Assembly (NCBI GenBank): GCA_965221905.1
Contig: OZ244922.1
Span: 2,048,001 to 2,112,000, forward strand
Origin: Chloroflexota bacterium
GTDB lineage: Bacteria; Chloroflexota; UBA11872; VXOZ01
Reading direction: 5' to 3'
Length of the DNA: 64,000 bases
This document shows positions 10,384 to 20,919 of the stretch, piece after piece. The notes beneath the pieces were generated by a model, which was given only the letters and a program-made list of their open reading frames with translations, was not told where the DNA came from and did not search any database. The translations under genes and the position numbers were made by a program. Position 1 is the stretch's first letter; each line of letters starts with the position of its first letter.

Positions 10384-11121
10384 CTACCCTTCCACCTCAA
10401 TCGTGAAGAATTGCCACTTGGGGGTGCAACTGTCGCGGAGCGTGTCGTCATCTAGCACCATCTGATAGCAGGGCCAGATTTCCCATGTGCCCGGTTCATC
10501 GAGCGGTATTAAAACGCCTGTCTTGAACTTCTGATACCTGGCAACTTCCACCCCCTCATGCACTAACCCAAAGTCTTTCTCTTCCCCTGTGGGGTGATTT
10601 ACGGAAACAAACGTTCGCTTTAGCTCGATTGGAGAGGCCCAAAGGCTTTGGACAGTGAACTCAATGTAGATCTCTTGGCCCACCTTGAAGGCAGACTTGT
10701 CGGCTTCAATGCCATGCCCCGGCGGGCCGTAAGCCGTCATTTCCACCAATCGAAAGGCATCGAAGTTTGCGGCCGGCTGGAATGCCTCGTAAAAGACCTC
10801 CAGTTCGCCAAGGATCTCCGGCGTGGCTGTGGGTTCGATGAGCGGCAACTCGGCCGTCTCGGCAGCCGATTCAGACTCTTCATCACCCTTCGCCGCCGCA
10901 GTTGCCGTGCTGCTCACATTGATGGTTACGCCTGCGGACTCCGGAGACGCTGTCTCTGAAGTACCGGAAACCATGTAGATCACGGCGACAACGAGAAATA
11001 TACCTCCCACGCCCATGGCACCCAATGACACTGCAGGGCGGCGACCTGCGACCCTGCCTATCAGCCCAACGGCCAAGAGTAAGGCGCCGACTACACCAAA
11101 GGCAATTGTAAGCGGAGCCAT
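10384..11121 (-). CDS. Hypothetical membrane-anchored protein
   Basis: Two N-terminal TM helices, acidic Ala/Ser/Thr linker, beta-rich C-terminal domain with two Cys. Confidence 0.7.
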   Translation of the reverse strand: MAPLTIAFGVVGALLLAVGLIGRVAGRRPAVSLGAMGVGGIFLVVAVIYMVSGTSETASPESAGVTINVSSTATAAAKGDEESESAAETAELPLIEPTATPEILGELEVFYEAFQPAANFDAFRLVEMTAYGPPGHGIEADKSAFKVGQEIYIEFTVQSLWASPIELKRTFVSVNHPTGEEKDFGLVHEGVEVARYQKFKTGVLIPLDEPGTWEIWPCYQMVLDDDTLRDSCTPKWQFFTIEVEG

Positions 11122-11270
11122 GCTTGTAACCTCGAGTTCCTGATGTACAGCAGCGGCTCGTTCACCCTAAGCCGCTAGAGACTTCAACAAATTGATGACG
11201 GAGAAATGGGAGGCCCAACTCCTCCGCAAGCCTCAGCCAGTTGAATGAGCGCAACTGCCTATTCTTGACG

Positions 11271-11300
11271 ATTATAGTATCCGGAAGGCCACGAAGTCAA
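11271..11300 (-). promoter_or_regulatory. Sigma70-type promoter
   Basis: TTGACT-18 nt-TATAAT on the minus strand, upstream of the gene starting at 11121. Confidence 0.55.
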
Positions 11301-11446
11301 GAAATTGGCGAGACACAGCAATTGCAGCGCGGTGGCGCATTAGGTACCGTATAGCAAACCGAATGATCTTTTATGTAGATGGCACCCATTCTGCTGCGAC
11401 TCCCGCTATGCGCAGTTGCTCGGATGTTGTGAGAAAGGATGAATTG

Positions 11447-12289
11447 ATGAATCTCTTCCACAAAGCGCCTGTGGGTCTAGGTCATCACGCAGTCGTTGCC
11501 GATGGACATCCCTCGCTCGACCGCATTCGCATTGCTGTCTTGCGGCTAGCTCCCGGCGAAAGCCTCACAGGCGAAACCGGAGCATGGGAATCCGCTCTCG
11601 TGCTGCAAGCGGGAGAAGGGATTATCGCCGTGGAGTCCCACGGCATTGCTCACCATTGCCGGCGCCAGAACGTCTTTGCCGGCCCTTCATCGACGGTATT
11701 CGTTGCGCCTGAGCAAACGTGGGAAGTCCGCGCGCAAGGAAGCTCGCCCATGGAAGTGGTCGTCTGCAGCACGCCCGGCAAGCCGGGAATGGCTTCCCAG
11801 GTCATCACCGCCGATCAGCTCAAGGTCCGTAAAGTTGGACAAGGTAACTGGTTCCGCACCATCTATGACGTTATCGACGCGCCGTTTCCGGCACACACGA
11901 TGGTCCTGGGTGAGACCTATAACCCGCCCGGCTTCTGGAGCAGCGCCCCGCCGCACAAGCACGAGGTTGACGACCCGCCGCATGAGTCCCTGCACGAGGA
12001 AGCCTATCTCTTCCGCATCACGCCGGCGCGGGGCTTTGGCATGCAGCGCGTCTATACCGACGACGGCTCGATTGACGAGTCTTACACAGTGGAAGACGGC
12101 GACGTGGTCGCCATCCCGCGCGGCTACCATCCTGTTGTGGCAGGGCCGGGATATCAACTCTATTACCTCTGGGTTTTGGCAGGCAATCAGCGTGTGCTGG
12201 CCCCGCGAGACGATCCAAAGCACGCCTGGCTCAAAGATAGCGAGGCCGTGATCACGGCCGTGGGTAGCCTGAGAACGCCCGGCGGGTGA
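11447..12289 (+). CDS. iolB: 5-deoxy-glucuronate isomerase
   Basis: 'GFWSSAPPHKHE', 'HEEAYLFR', 'GFGMQRVYTDD', 'IPRGYHPVVAGPGYQLYYLWVLAG'. Confidence 0.9.
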   Translation: MNLFHKAPVGLGHHAVVADGHPSLDRIRIAVLRLAPGESLTGETGAWESALVLQAGEGIIAVESHGIAHHCRRQNVFAGPSSTVFVAPEQTWEVRAQGSSPMEVVVCSTPGKPGMASQVITADQLKVRKVGQGNWFRTIYDVIDAPFPAHTMVLGETYNPPGFWSSAPPHKHEVDDPPHESLHEEAYLFRITPARGFGMQRVYTDDGSIDESYTVEDGDVVAIPRGYHPVVAGPGYQLYYLWVLAGNQRVLAPRDDPKHAWLKDSEAVITAVGSLRTPGG

Positions 12290-12388
12290 GGCATGCCACC
12301 CATGGCCGAGGCAAGTCAGCGCAGACGTACGGTGATGCGCGCTAAGTCATGCGGAAGCTGAAGTTAGTCAAAGGAGAGTGACCGAGCA

Positions 12389-13780
12389 TTGGATGAACGA
12401 TTCGACCTGATCGTACTTGGCGGCGGCAGCGCCGGATACGCCGCCGCGCGCACGGCCGCCGAAATGGGCGCCAGCGTAGCGGTAGCAGAGCTAGGGCCGC
12501 TGGGCGGCCTGTGCATCTTGCGCGGCTGCATGCCCAGCAAGGCGATACTGGCATCTGCCAACCGTCTCTATCATGCTCAGCACGCAGCGGAACTGGGCAT
12601 TCACATTGGCAGCGTTACGCCTGACCTGCCCGCCATCATCGCCCGCAAGCGGCGCTTGATCAAGGAATTTGCCGAGTACCGCATCGAGCAGCTTTCGACG
12701 CCGGATCTTACCCTCGTCAACGGTGCGGCGCAGTTCTTGTCCGCCGAACGCGTGCAGGTGGGCGAACGCGTGCTCACTGCGCCAAAATTTGTCATTGCTA
12801 CGGGCTCCGTGCCTTTCGTGCCGAAGATTCCCGGTCTGCTGGAAGCGGGTTACCTGACGAGCGACGATGCCCTGGAAATGGAAGAGTGCCCGGAATCGAT
12901 CTGTGTGCTCGGCGGCGGTCCGATCGGCTTAGAGCTGGGGCAATTCTATTCGCGTCTCGGCGCAAACGTCACCCTCTTGCAGCGGAGTAGCTGCATTCTC
13001 AGTAGTGAAGATGAAGCAGTGGGCACGGCGCTTGAAGGGTACCTGCGGGAAGACGGCATGGACATTCGCTGCGCCACCCGTCTCAATGCTGTAGAGCAAC
13101 GCAACGGCAAGAAGTTGCTCCACCTCGTGCAGAATGACGTGGAGAGCCAAATCGAAGTGGACCAAGTCCTGGTCGCAACCGGGCGCAGTCCGGCGCTGGA
13201 GGGCCTGAATCTTGCCGCCGCCGGTGTGGAGAGCACGGCGCGCGGCATTGCGACGGATACCGCCATGCGCACGTCCAATCCGGCGATCTTCGCCGTGGGG
13301 GATGTCACGGTCTCATACGACATCGTGCACGTGGCGATCCAGCAGGGCGAAATCGCGGCCCACAATGCGCTCGCCGCCGGCCCGCCGCAGTATATGGACT
13401 ACCGTATCGTTCCCGTCGTCATCTTCACCGAGCCGCAGTACGGACGCGTGGGCATGACGGAGAAGGAGTCCCGCGCCAAGGGGATTCCTATCGTCACTGC
13501 CTCATACCCCTTCAGCGACCATGGCAAGGCGCTCTGCCTGGGCGAAACGAGGGGCTTTGTCAAGATGATCGGCCACGCGCAGACGGGTGAGATCCTGGGC
13601 TACCAAGTCCTAGGCCCGGAAGGGGGCGAGTTGATCCACGAATGTATCGTGGCGCTCCACTACCGCGCCACGGCCCAGGACTTCATGCGCATTCCCCACT
13701 ACCATCCGACGCTGGCGGAAATCCTCACCTACCCCGCCGAGGAGATCGCCGAACAGGTCGCCGGACGGAATGGATCCTAG
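12389..13780 (+). CDS. Pyridine nucleotide-disulfide oxidoreductase, dihydrolipoamide dehydrogenase-like
   Basis: GGGSAG FAD motif, redox 'CILRGCMPSK', GGGPIG NAD motif, C-terminal 'HPTLAE'; no MerA C-terminal Cys-Cys pair. Confidence 0.85.
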   Translation: MDERFDLIVLGGGSAGYAAARTAAEMGASVAVAELGPLGGLCILRGCMPSKAILASANRLYHAQHAAELGIHIGSVTPDLPAIIARKRRLIKEFAEYRIEQLSTPDLTLVNGAAQFLSAERVQVGERVLTAPKFVIATGSVPFVPKIPGLLEAGYLTSDDALEMEECPESICVLGGGPIGLELGQFYSRLGANVTLLQRSSCILSSEDEAVGTALEGYLREDGMDIRCATRLNAVEQRNGKKLLHLVQNDVESQIEVDQVLVATGRSPALEGLNLAAAGVESTARGIATDTAMRTSNPAIFAVGDVTVSYDIVHVAIQQGEIAAHNALAAGPPQYMDYRIVPVVIFTEPQYGRVGMTEKESRAKGIPIVTASYPFSDHGKALCLGETRGFVKMIGHAQTGEILGYQVLGPEGGELIHECIVALHYRATAQDFMRIPHYHPTLAEILTYPAEEIAEQVAGRNGS

Positions 13781-13826
13781 CGGCTCGACAAGTTTGTATT
13801 GATGTGTAGAAAGGCTCGCCTCCGTG

Positions 13827-13858
13827 CCCGTCAATTCCGCGCAAGTGGGAATCCAGGG
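13827..13858. repeat. Degenerate REP-like palindrome
   Basis: CCCGTCAATTCCGCGCAAGTGGGAATCCAG resembles the CGTCATTCCGGCGAAAGCCGGAATCCA element at 25467-25495. Confidence 0.5.
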
Positions 13859-13946
13859 GTAGGCGGGTGGGGCCGATCTTATCCTTACAGTGTTGTTGAA
13901 CCACTAGCGTCCCCTCCCGTTCGCATTGCTGCGGACTCGCCAAGTT

Positions 13947-14131
13947 CCTGTCGAAGCGCACATGACTTCCAGTAACCGTTCGTGCTGAGCCTGTCGAAGC
14001 ACACATGGCTCCCAGCAACCGTTCGTGCTGAGCCTGTCGAAGCACACTTGGCTCCCAGTAGCCGTTCGTGCAAAGCCTGTCGAAGCGCTCATGGCTCCCG
14101 GCAACCGTTCGTGCTGAGCCTGTCGAAGCAC
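13947..14131. repeat. 43-bp tandem array with a REP-like palindromic core
   Basis: About 4.3 units; core CCGTTCGTGCTGAGCCTGTCGAAGCAC with near-identical linkers. Confidence 0.9.
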
Positions 14132-14200
14132 AAGCGGAAACCCCTTCTACCGGGCACTCATCTAGTCGTGCTGACGCGCCGCTGCTAAAATAGAAGGCGC

Positions 14201-14285
14201 GGGGACGTGTCGGAACTGGAAGACGAGCATGACTTAGGATCATGTGCCGCAAGGCGTGCGGGTTCGAGTCCCGCCGTCCCCACCA
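14201..14285 (+). tRNA. tRNA-Leu (anticodon TAG)
   Basis: Acceptor stem GGGGACG/CGTCCCC, anticodon arm CATGA-CTTAGGA-TCATG, long variable arm, GGTTCGAGTCC T-loop, encoded CCA; TGcTAAAAT extended -10 upstream. Confidence 0.97.
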
Positions 14286-14930
14286 ATTCAAGCCCTATCT
14301 GGCCCGACGACCAAATTCAACACTTACGCGTGACAAAGCACGCGACAGTGCGGTTGCATCCCTAAGCTGGGCTCTATCCGCCGGCGGGCTGGCGAATCAG
14401 CGGCCATTCTTAGCGCGAGGCCGAAACTCAATCCGTCATTGCCGCTTGGGCGCAGTGCCTTCGACAAGGCGCCAAACCAAACGTCTGCACGCGCAAAACC
14501 ACACTCATGCTCAATCGGTCTTGCCTCTTGGGCAACCAGCCTATCTCAGTCCAATCGCCGTCATCCTAGATTCTTCAAGCGAGGAGTTAGCGTTGTGTAA
14601 CCTCTGATTCTGGGTCTCGCCGACAACTTTCTTCTCTTGAAAGGGCAATATCTCTTGGGGCTATCGTGCAGACTGGAGGAATCCTTCAAAGAGTCTGACC
14701 TGCCTTGGCGCCAGAACTTCCGGTGACGCCTCGAGTCCGGGCATAAACATAGCGCCCATTCCTGAAGCTATTCCTCCCGCAATTGGGCCAAATCGCTAGG
14801 GTCCAGATATTTTGCTATAGGGCCTTGACGCTGTCAGAGATTAGATACACTATTTGCAGTAAGGGGAAGCCTGACCGCTTCTCTAAATTGCCTTTACTTT
14901 GCAGGCAGCAGCCCAAAGCCTTATCCGGCT

Positions 14931-16229
14931 TTGCACGCCGAAAGGAATCCTCCGATCTCAACGCTCTTTTCGGGCCGTTCAAGTTTCTTGGATCGCGCTC
15001 AGCGTCTTCTGGCTGCAACAGCCGAGGTCTTGGCGTTGCACCGGCGGAGTTTCAATGTAACTAAATCGGACGAATTGCGCTATTTGGGAACGATCTCGGT
15101 TTGGATACGTTGGCTGATTGCTGCCATTTGCGTGCTGTTATTGTTGTATCGCCCCGACTTTCATCCCGTTCAATATGCGGCCTACATTAGTTTTCTCATT
15201 GTGCTGGCAGCACTCAATGGCCTTGTTCACGGCCGCATCCTAACGGGTCGTCAGGTGACACTTCGCTGGCTTCTCGCTCTGAGCGCGATGGACTTTGTCT
15301 TGATAACAGGCGGTGTCATTGCGAGTGGGGAGTTTGACCACTATTTCTTCTATTTGTTGTATTATCCTGCCCTGGCCGGGCTCGCGGTCATGTTCAGCTC
15401 ATTCAGGCTGAACATGGCTTGGACTTCACTGGTGGCGCTTGCATATATCGTTGTGAGCATGACTGTCAACAATGGCCTGGACTTGGCGGCCAAAGAGGAG
15501 AGGACGCTGTTTGTTAGAATTGTCGTTATGTATACTATTGTAGTGTCTTTTAACCTGGCTGCTCGGATTGAGAGGGTAAGAAGGCAAGAGGCCGTGGAGC
15601 GGGAACGAGCGCTCCATGAGGAGCAAGTCCGGCTTGCAAAATCCTTGCATGACACGACTGCCCAGTCGGCATACATGATTGGCCTTGGGATTGAGACTGC
15701 TATGGAACTGGCGCAAGACTCCAATCGAGAATTGGTCGATAAGCTTGAGGCGACCTACCGCTTGTCCAAGTCGGCAATGTGGGAACTGAGGTATCCTATC
15801 GATATCGGGCTTGTAGTCGAAGGCAGGAAGCTGGGCGCAGTTCTGGAGTCGCATGCCGGCACGTTTACTGCCATTTCGTCAATACCTACCAAGGTTGTCC
15901 GAACCGGCAATGAGCCGCCGCTCCCCCCAGCCACTACGAGGACTCTCCTTTCAATTGCGCACAACGCGCTGACCAACGCGTTTAGGCACTCTCATGCCGG
16001 CAAGGTCACCATTGAGCTCGAGTTTAAAGATAACGGCCTGCGAATGGCCCTGTCGGACGACGGCATTGGCCTACCGGATGACTACGCCGAACGCGGCCAT
16101 GGCTTCAAGAACATGAGGGCAGATGCGGAGCGTATTGGCGGCAGGCTTTTAGTAGACTCGAGCACATCCGGACAAGGCACAACCGTGACGTGCGCGCTAG
16201 AATATAATGTACCTATAGGAGGTATGTGA
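14931..16229 (+). CDS. Membrane sensor histidine kinase (HisKA_3 type); start uncertain
   Basis: Several TM helices, 'LAKSLHDTTAQ' H-box, 'NALTNAFRHS', 'DDGIG', 'GHGFKNM', 'GQGT'. Confidence 0.88.
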   Translation: MHAERNPPISTLFSGRSSFLDRAQRLLAATAEVLALHRRSFNVTKSDELRYLGTISVWIRWLIAAICVLLLLYRPDFHPVQYAAYISFLIVLAALNGLVHGRILTGRQVTLRWLLALSAMDFVLITGGVIASGEFDHYFFYLLYYPALAGLAVMFSSFRLNMAWTSLVALAYIVVSMTVNNGLDLAAKEERTLFVRIVVMYTIVVSFNLAARIERVRRQEAVERERALHEEQVRLAKSLHDTTAQSAYMIGLGIETAMELAQDSNRELVDKLEATYRLSKSAMWELRYPIDIGLVVEGRKLGAVLESHAGTFTAISSIPTKVVRTGNEPPLPPATTRTLLSIAHNALTNAFRHSHAGKVTIELEFKDNGLRMALSDDGIGLPDDYAERGHGFKNMRADAERIGGRLLVDSSTSGQGTTVTCALEYNVPIGGM

Positions 16230-16230
16230 C

Positions 16231-16926
16231 TTGTCAACAGGTCAACTAACCAAGGTAATGATCGTGGACGACCATTCCATTATGCGGGATGGTCTAAAAG
16301 AGGTCTTGGAGCGCTCTGGCGCCTTTGAGGTAGTAGGCCAGGCCTAAGATGGTGTGGTGGCAGTAGAAGTGGCTCAGTCTCTCAGGCCCGACGTGATCAT
16401 CATGGACGTGATAATGCCGGAGAAAGACGGTATCGAGGCGTGCCGGGAGATTAGGGAGGCGCTGCCTGAGACTCGTGTGCTCATCTTGACCGCCTCGACC
16501 GAGGAAGACGCCGTGCTAGCGGCAGTGGCCGCTGGCGCTACCGGGTATCTGCAGAAATTCTCCGGTAAGGAGAAACTCCTCTCAACCATCCGTGAGGTCG
16601 CTGAAGGCGAATTCAGCATCCCAGGCGACTTGACGCGGCGGGTGTTTAATAAGATCCGTACAGCACCGCCTAGCAAACAAAGCCAACGGACGAACGGCCT
16701 AACTCCGCGGGAGCGGGAAATACTTACGCTCTTTGCCCAGGGCTTGTCGTATGATGCAATTGCCGAGGTTAGGGGCAACCGACCGTTAACCATCCGCAAT
16801 GCTATCTATATCATCCGGGACAAACTGGGAGCTAAATCCATTCAGGAAATGGTGGTCTGGGCCGTGCGCAATGGACTGCTGGACGATGATCTGCCATCAA
16901 GCCCTTCGCCCAAAGACAACCGCTAG
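16231..16926 (+). pseudogene. NarL/LuxR family response regulator with in-frame TAA at 16345-16347
   Basis: TTG start after GGAGG; 'KVMIVDDHSIMRDGLKEVL...VVGQA*DG' continues in frame into 'PDVIIMDVIMP' and an LTPRE HTH. Confidence 0.85.
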
Positions 16927-17030
16927 GTCTGAATTTGCTGCGTTTGCCGGCAAGCCGGCTGCCCCCTCTGCCGAGCACACCCCTTCTTGACGAGCGCCAG
17001 CCCGCGCGCCAGCCGCATGACACGGTACAG

Positions 17031-17074
17031 TGTCGCGAGTCTGTCGCAAGTTTTGTCACAAGTTTGTCGCAAGT
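17031..17074. repeat. Four TGTCRCRAGT direct repeats
   Basis: Copies at 17031, 17042, 17054 and 17065, directly abutting the Fic stop codon. Confidence 0.8.
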
Positions 17075-18121
17075 TCAGCCGGAGCCGTTAGCAATCACGT
17101 ATTCCAGCCGGTTCGAACCTTCCCGGCGGCGGAGCAGGCCCTTCTCCACCAGGGCCCTGAGGTCTCGCTGGAGCGTCCGGCGCGACATCTCAGGATAGAG
17201 CTTTTGGTATTCGGCAATCGTGAGCCTGCCGTGCTCTAGCACGTGCCCCAGCGCGCGCGCCTGCCGTTCTGTCAGACCACGGCGGCGCGCAAGAGTCTCC
17301 TGCCTGATTGCCCGCTCTCCCCTCTGCTTGACCTCGGCGAGTTGGGTTGCCAGGCCCTTAGTGAAGAACTCGATCCAACCGGTCATGTCCATATGCGCTC
17401 GCCTCACGCCTTGAAGGGCGTCGTAGAAAGCCGTTCGATCCCGGTCGTAATACTCGCTAAGCGTGAAGAGCCGCTTGAAGTCATAGCCCGCGCGGTAGAG
17501 GCACAGCGTCGAAAGCAGCCGGGACGTGCGCCCATTGCCGTCCAGGAACGGGTGGATGTGCACCAACTGGAATTGCGCTAGTCCACTAACGATGACGGGG
17601 TGGATGTCGCTGGGATGACTCAGCCACGCGACCAATTCCCGCATGAGGATGGGTACGTCCTCGGTCGGCGGCGGCGTGTAGATCGTCTCGCCGGTCGCGG
17701 CGTTGATGACATAGTTCTGCACGCGCCGGTACTCTCCCGGCGCCGCAGACCCGCCACGCACGCCGGCCACCAGCCGCCGGTGTATTTCAAGGATTAGTCT
17801 CTCTGTGATGGGTCCCCCGTCGTTGAAGTAAGCGCTGACGAACGCGAAAGCGTCGCGATAGTTGAGAAGTTCACGGGCGTCGTCCGGGTCCGCTCCCGGC
17901 ACCGCACGGCCCGCTAGCAGATCGTCGGCGTCCTCCAGCGTCAGCCGCGTGCCCTCGATGTGCGTCGTGTGGTGCGCTTCCAGGAGAAACGCCTCCGAAC
18001 GCATCGCGTCAACCCACTCATCCGTAAGCGTCGCCGCCTCCAGAAAGCCCCGCGCACGCTCGATCTCGGTGAGCGCTGCAGTGATTGCGTTCGTGATTGA
18101 AAAGCGCAGTTCAAAGGCCAT
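17075..18121 (-). CDS. Fic family protein with C-terminal winged HTH
   Basis: Catalytic '[12 protein letters not shown]', N-terminal inhibitory 'TTHIEG', C-terminal '[18 protein letters not shown]'. Confidence 0.93.
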   Translation of the reverse strand: MAFELRFSITNAITAALTEIERARGFLEAATLTDEWVDAMRSEAFLLEAHHTTHIEGTRLTLEDADDLLAGRAVPGADPDDARELLNYRDAFAFVSAYFNDGGPITERLILEIHRRLVAGVRGGSAAPGEYRRVQNYVINAATGETIYTPPPTEDVPILMRELVAWLSHPSDIHPVIVSGLAQFQLVHIHPFLDGNGRTSRLLSTLCLYRAGYDFKRLFTLSEYYDRDRTAFYDALQGVRRAHMDMTGWIEFFTKGLATQLAEVKQRGERAIRQETLARRRGLTERQARALGHVLEHGRLTIAEYQKLYPEMSRRTLQRDLRALVEKGLLRRREGSNRLEYVIANGSG

Positions 18122-18248
18122 TTTGTAACCCACTAGACTCCCGATTTCTCTCACTCAGTATAAGCGGGGTCTGTGTGAATGGGCACTTTCTACCCGCAAG
18201 TATCTTACGTGCTTCTGGACAACAGTGGGTATAGTGCCGCGCCGCCAC

Positions 18249-20879
18249 TCATGACTTGTGCTGACGCTGTTCGTGGCGCTGGTGAATGTCTTCTATGGCG
18301 ACGTCGAGATCGTCCCAAAGTCGTTGCACCATGGAGCGCAACCGCATATTCTGATATGCGCCCCAAACGGTCATAGCCGGCGGCACGACTACGATGGAGG
18401 CGATCAGCGAGTATGCAATTGTGATGGTAGCAGTCAGCCCGAATTGCTGGAACGAGGGGATAGGCGAAAATGCCAGCATCCCGAATCCGATCGCAGTCGT
18501 CAGCGCGGAGCCAAGCAGCGCCGTACCGGTGGTGGCTAGAGTCCGGATCGCCGCGGATTCTGGGTTGCGCACCTTGGTGAATTCTTCTCGGTAACGGTGG
18601 ATCATGTGAATTGTGTAGTCAACGCCGATCCCTATTGAAAGTGCCGTGATTATCGAGGTCACCGGTGTATAAGGGATGCCAAGAAGCGCCATCGTGCCTA
18701 AAGCACAGATAAGCGACAGGATGATGGGCCCAACTGCTACAAAACCAAGGACAGGTTGGCGGACGGTTGCCCAGAAGAAGAAGACAAGTATGCCGAGGGC
18801 AGCGGCGATGGTCGTAATGATTGCCTGTCTTTGGCTCTCTGTAACCGCGTTCGAGACCTCAATGCTTACGATGGATTGCGACATCAGTGTGATCTCGCGG
18901 TCGTGACCCAACCACAGTTTCTCTGTTTCCTCGGCCATGTCCAGCGTGCGCCCGGAGTCGCCGGTAAGTGCGTGAAACTGAATCAGCATCGTGTCAATGC
19001 CTTCAGGATTGTTGACCAATACCTGCGGAACAAGCTCAGGCTCCTTGGATTCCAGTCTGCTAATGAATTCCTGCACGAGTATTGCGTCAAGGTGCAGGCC
19101 TGCGGTCGCCTCCCAAAAAAGCATCGCCAACTCAGGGTCGTACTTGTCTTCCGGGCTGCCGTCATCTAAGATCCAGTCAAACGCGATCTGGCCGAACGAG
19201 AGACTGATGTCGCCCTTCACGCCAGCCGGCCGCTGTCCCTCATCCCGAAACGCTGCCATGAAATCCCACAGGTTCAGGACTGTCCGAACCTCTGTCAATT
19301 CCGCATTTATGAGTACGTTCACCACCTCCGTCGAACCTCCCAGAGCAGCCTCGAGTGTCTGGATGTCCTTGACCACTTCACTATCCCGAGGCAACAAGCC
19401 TTGCCTGCTGAATGCGGTGTCAATCCGTCTAGCCTCATACCCAAGCCCTATTGTCACCAAAACAACAATAGAGAGATAGGGCGTCGGCCTGCGCGCCACC
19501 TCTCTACCGAGAACCCCTGCCACCCGCTTGATGCCCGGAAGTGCTTCCGATATCGGACGAGCCGGAGCGAAAGTGCCTTTTTTTATCCGCCGCCGGTCGA
19601 TGATTATTCGAACAGCAGGGATCAGCGTGAGCATCGCGATCAAGCTCATGCCTACGCCCAGTCCTGTGACGACTCCGAATTCGGCGATCGCAGGGAATGG
19701 CGATAGAAGCGTCGTGAAGAAGCTTATGATCGTCGTGACGGCTGCCAGCGACAAAGGGACTATTACGTTTCGCAGCCCATTGCGAACTGCATTCACTCCT
19801 AGCTCACCCGAATTCGTTTGCTCTCGGTAGCGCGCGACGGTTTGAATCGAATAGTCGACGGCAAGGCCGATTACAATCAACGGTACGATAGACGCCAGTA
19901 GGCTGGGCGGGCCGATGAGGCCGAGGCCATTCGGTCCGAGCCAGCCCTGCGCGCCGGTGGCCCAGACAAGCGCCATAGCCAGCCCGCCTAAGGTGAGCAA
20001 CAGATCGGATATCACCCGCATGAAGAGCAGTGTTATGGCGGCGATAACTACCAGGACCAAAACCAGCAATCGCAGCACCCCTGGGCCTATAGCTTCCTTC
20101 TGCACATTGTCGATAAGTGTTTGCGATAGGCTGCGAACCGAGAGTGGACCCGTCTCCTGATTGACCAACTCGTGAATTCTGAGTTCGGCGTCGCCAACCG
20201 TGCCCTCGGAATCGATTTCAATCAAGCGTATTCTGGCGACCGATATGGGGGTGCCGTCGGCATCGGTCCCGGTCAGGCTATCCAGCGCGTTTCGTACCTG
20301 CGCGAACTCCGGCGTACTGCGAATGGCGTTCAACGCCCCGTCAATTTGAGCTTGGGTGACTCCATCGAATCCGGTCACCTGAAGCGTGGCGGCTATCAAC
20401 TGAGAAGGCGATACGACTGAATCCTTAGGCGCCAAGTTATCGGCGACTTCCGGGTCCGTGAGCACCCGCTCGATAACACGGTCCATTTGCGCCAGCCCTG
20501 CGGGAGTGAAAGCCTCTCCTCTGAAAAGCAGCGTCACGAGGGTTACCGACGCAGAGTCACTGAAGAGATTCTCCAGGTCCTCCAATGCCCTGGTGATCTC
20601 GCCGTCCTGCGGCAGAAACGACTCGTCGGCCGACTGTGGCGCAAGCTGAGCAATTCCTGCGGCGAAGAAGATCGTTACAATGAATAGGGCGGCGAGGGTC
20701 GCGACAGGACGGACCGTTACCAGCCAGCTTAGCGCATCGACGATCCTGCCCATTGCAGCCCTCCTACTATTACCAGCCAGGTAGCGTGCCGACCTTCCCT
20801 CAGAAGCATTATAACTGCCATTGAGGAGTTCCGGCCCACTGTCCAAAACCACCCGCTGACCAGTAATCGACGTGTCCAC
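18249..20879 (-). CDS. MMPL/RND family transporter
   Basis: Two TM bundles with 'IGLAVDYSIQ' and 'IGIGVDYTIH', 'SALTTAIGF', and large extracytoplasmic loops. Confidence 0.9.
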   Translation of the reverse strand: MDTSITGQRVVLDSGPELLNGSYNASEGRSARYLAGNSRRAAMGRIVDALSWLVTVRPVATLAALFIVTIFFAAGIAQLAPQSADESFLPQDGEITRALEDLENLFSDSASVTLVTLLFRGEAFTPAGLAQMDRVIERVLTDPEVADNLAPKDSVVSPSQLIAATLQVTGFDGVTQAQIDGALNAIRSTPEFAQVRNALDSLTGTDADGTPISVARIRLIEIDSEGTVGDAELRIHELVNQETGPLSVRSLSQTLIDNVQKEAIGPGVLRLLVLVLVVIAAITLLFMRVISDLLLTLGGLAMALVWATGAQGWLGPNGLGLIGPPSLLASIVPLIVIGLAVDYSIQTVARYREQTNSGELGVNAVRNGLRNVIVPLSLAAVTTIISFFTTLLSPFPAIAEFGVVTGLGVGMSLIAMLTLIPAVRIIIDRRRIKKGTFAPARPISEALPGIKRVAGVLGREVARRPTPYLSIVVLVTIGLGYEARRIDTAFSRQGLLPRDSEVVKDIQTLEAALGGSTEVVNVLINAELTEVRTVLNLWDFMAAFRDEGQRPAGVKGDISLSFGQIAFDWILDDGSPEDKYDPELAMLFWEATAGLHLDAILVQEFISRLESKEPELVPQVLVNNPEGIDTMLIQFHALTGDSGRTLDMAEETEKLWLGHDREITLMSQSIVSIEVSNAVTESQRQAIITTIAAALGILVFFFWATVRQPVLGFVAVGPIILSLICALGTMALLGIPYTPVTSIITALSIGIGVDYTIHMIHRYREEFTKVRNPESAAIRTLATTGTALLGSALTTAIGFGMLAFSPIPSFQQFGLTATITIAYSLIASIVVVPPAMTVWGAYQNMRLRSMVQRLWDDLDVAIEDIHQRHEQRQHKS

Positions 20880-20919
20880 CTCTAATGCCGGGCAATCTTG
20901 GGGAAACTGCCCGTGAAAA

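Noticed and set aside
12389-13780. Mercuric reductase merA
   Set aside because: No C-terminal Cys-Cys pair, no metal-binding N-terminal domain, and no mer genes nearby.
13947-14131. CRISPR array
   Set aside because: Linkers are only 16 bp and near-identical to each other; no cas genes in the window.
13725-14291. 188-aa minus-strand ORF
   Set aside because: It is the translation of the repeat array and the antisense tRNA.
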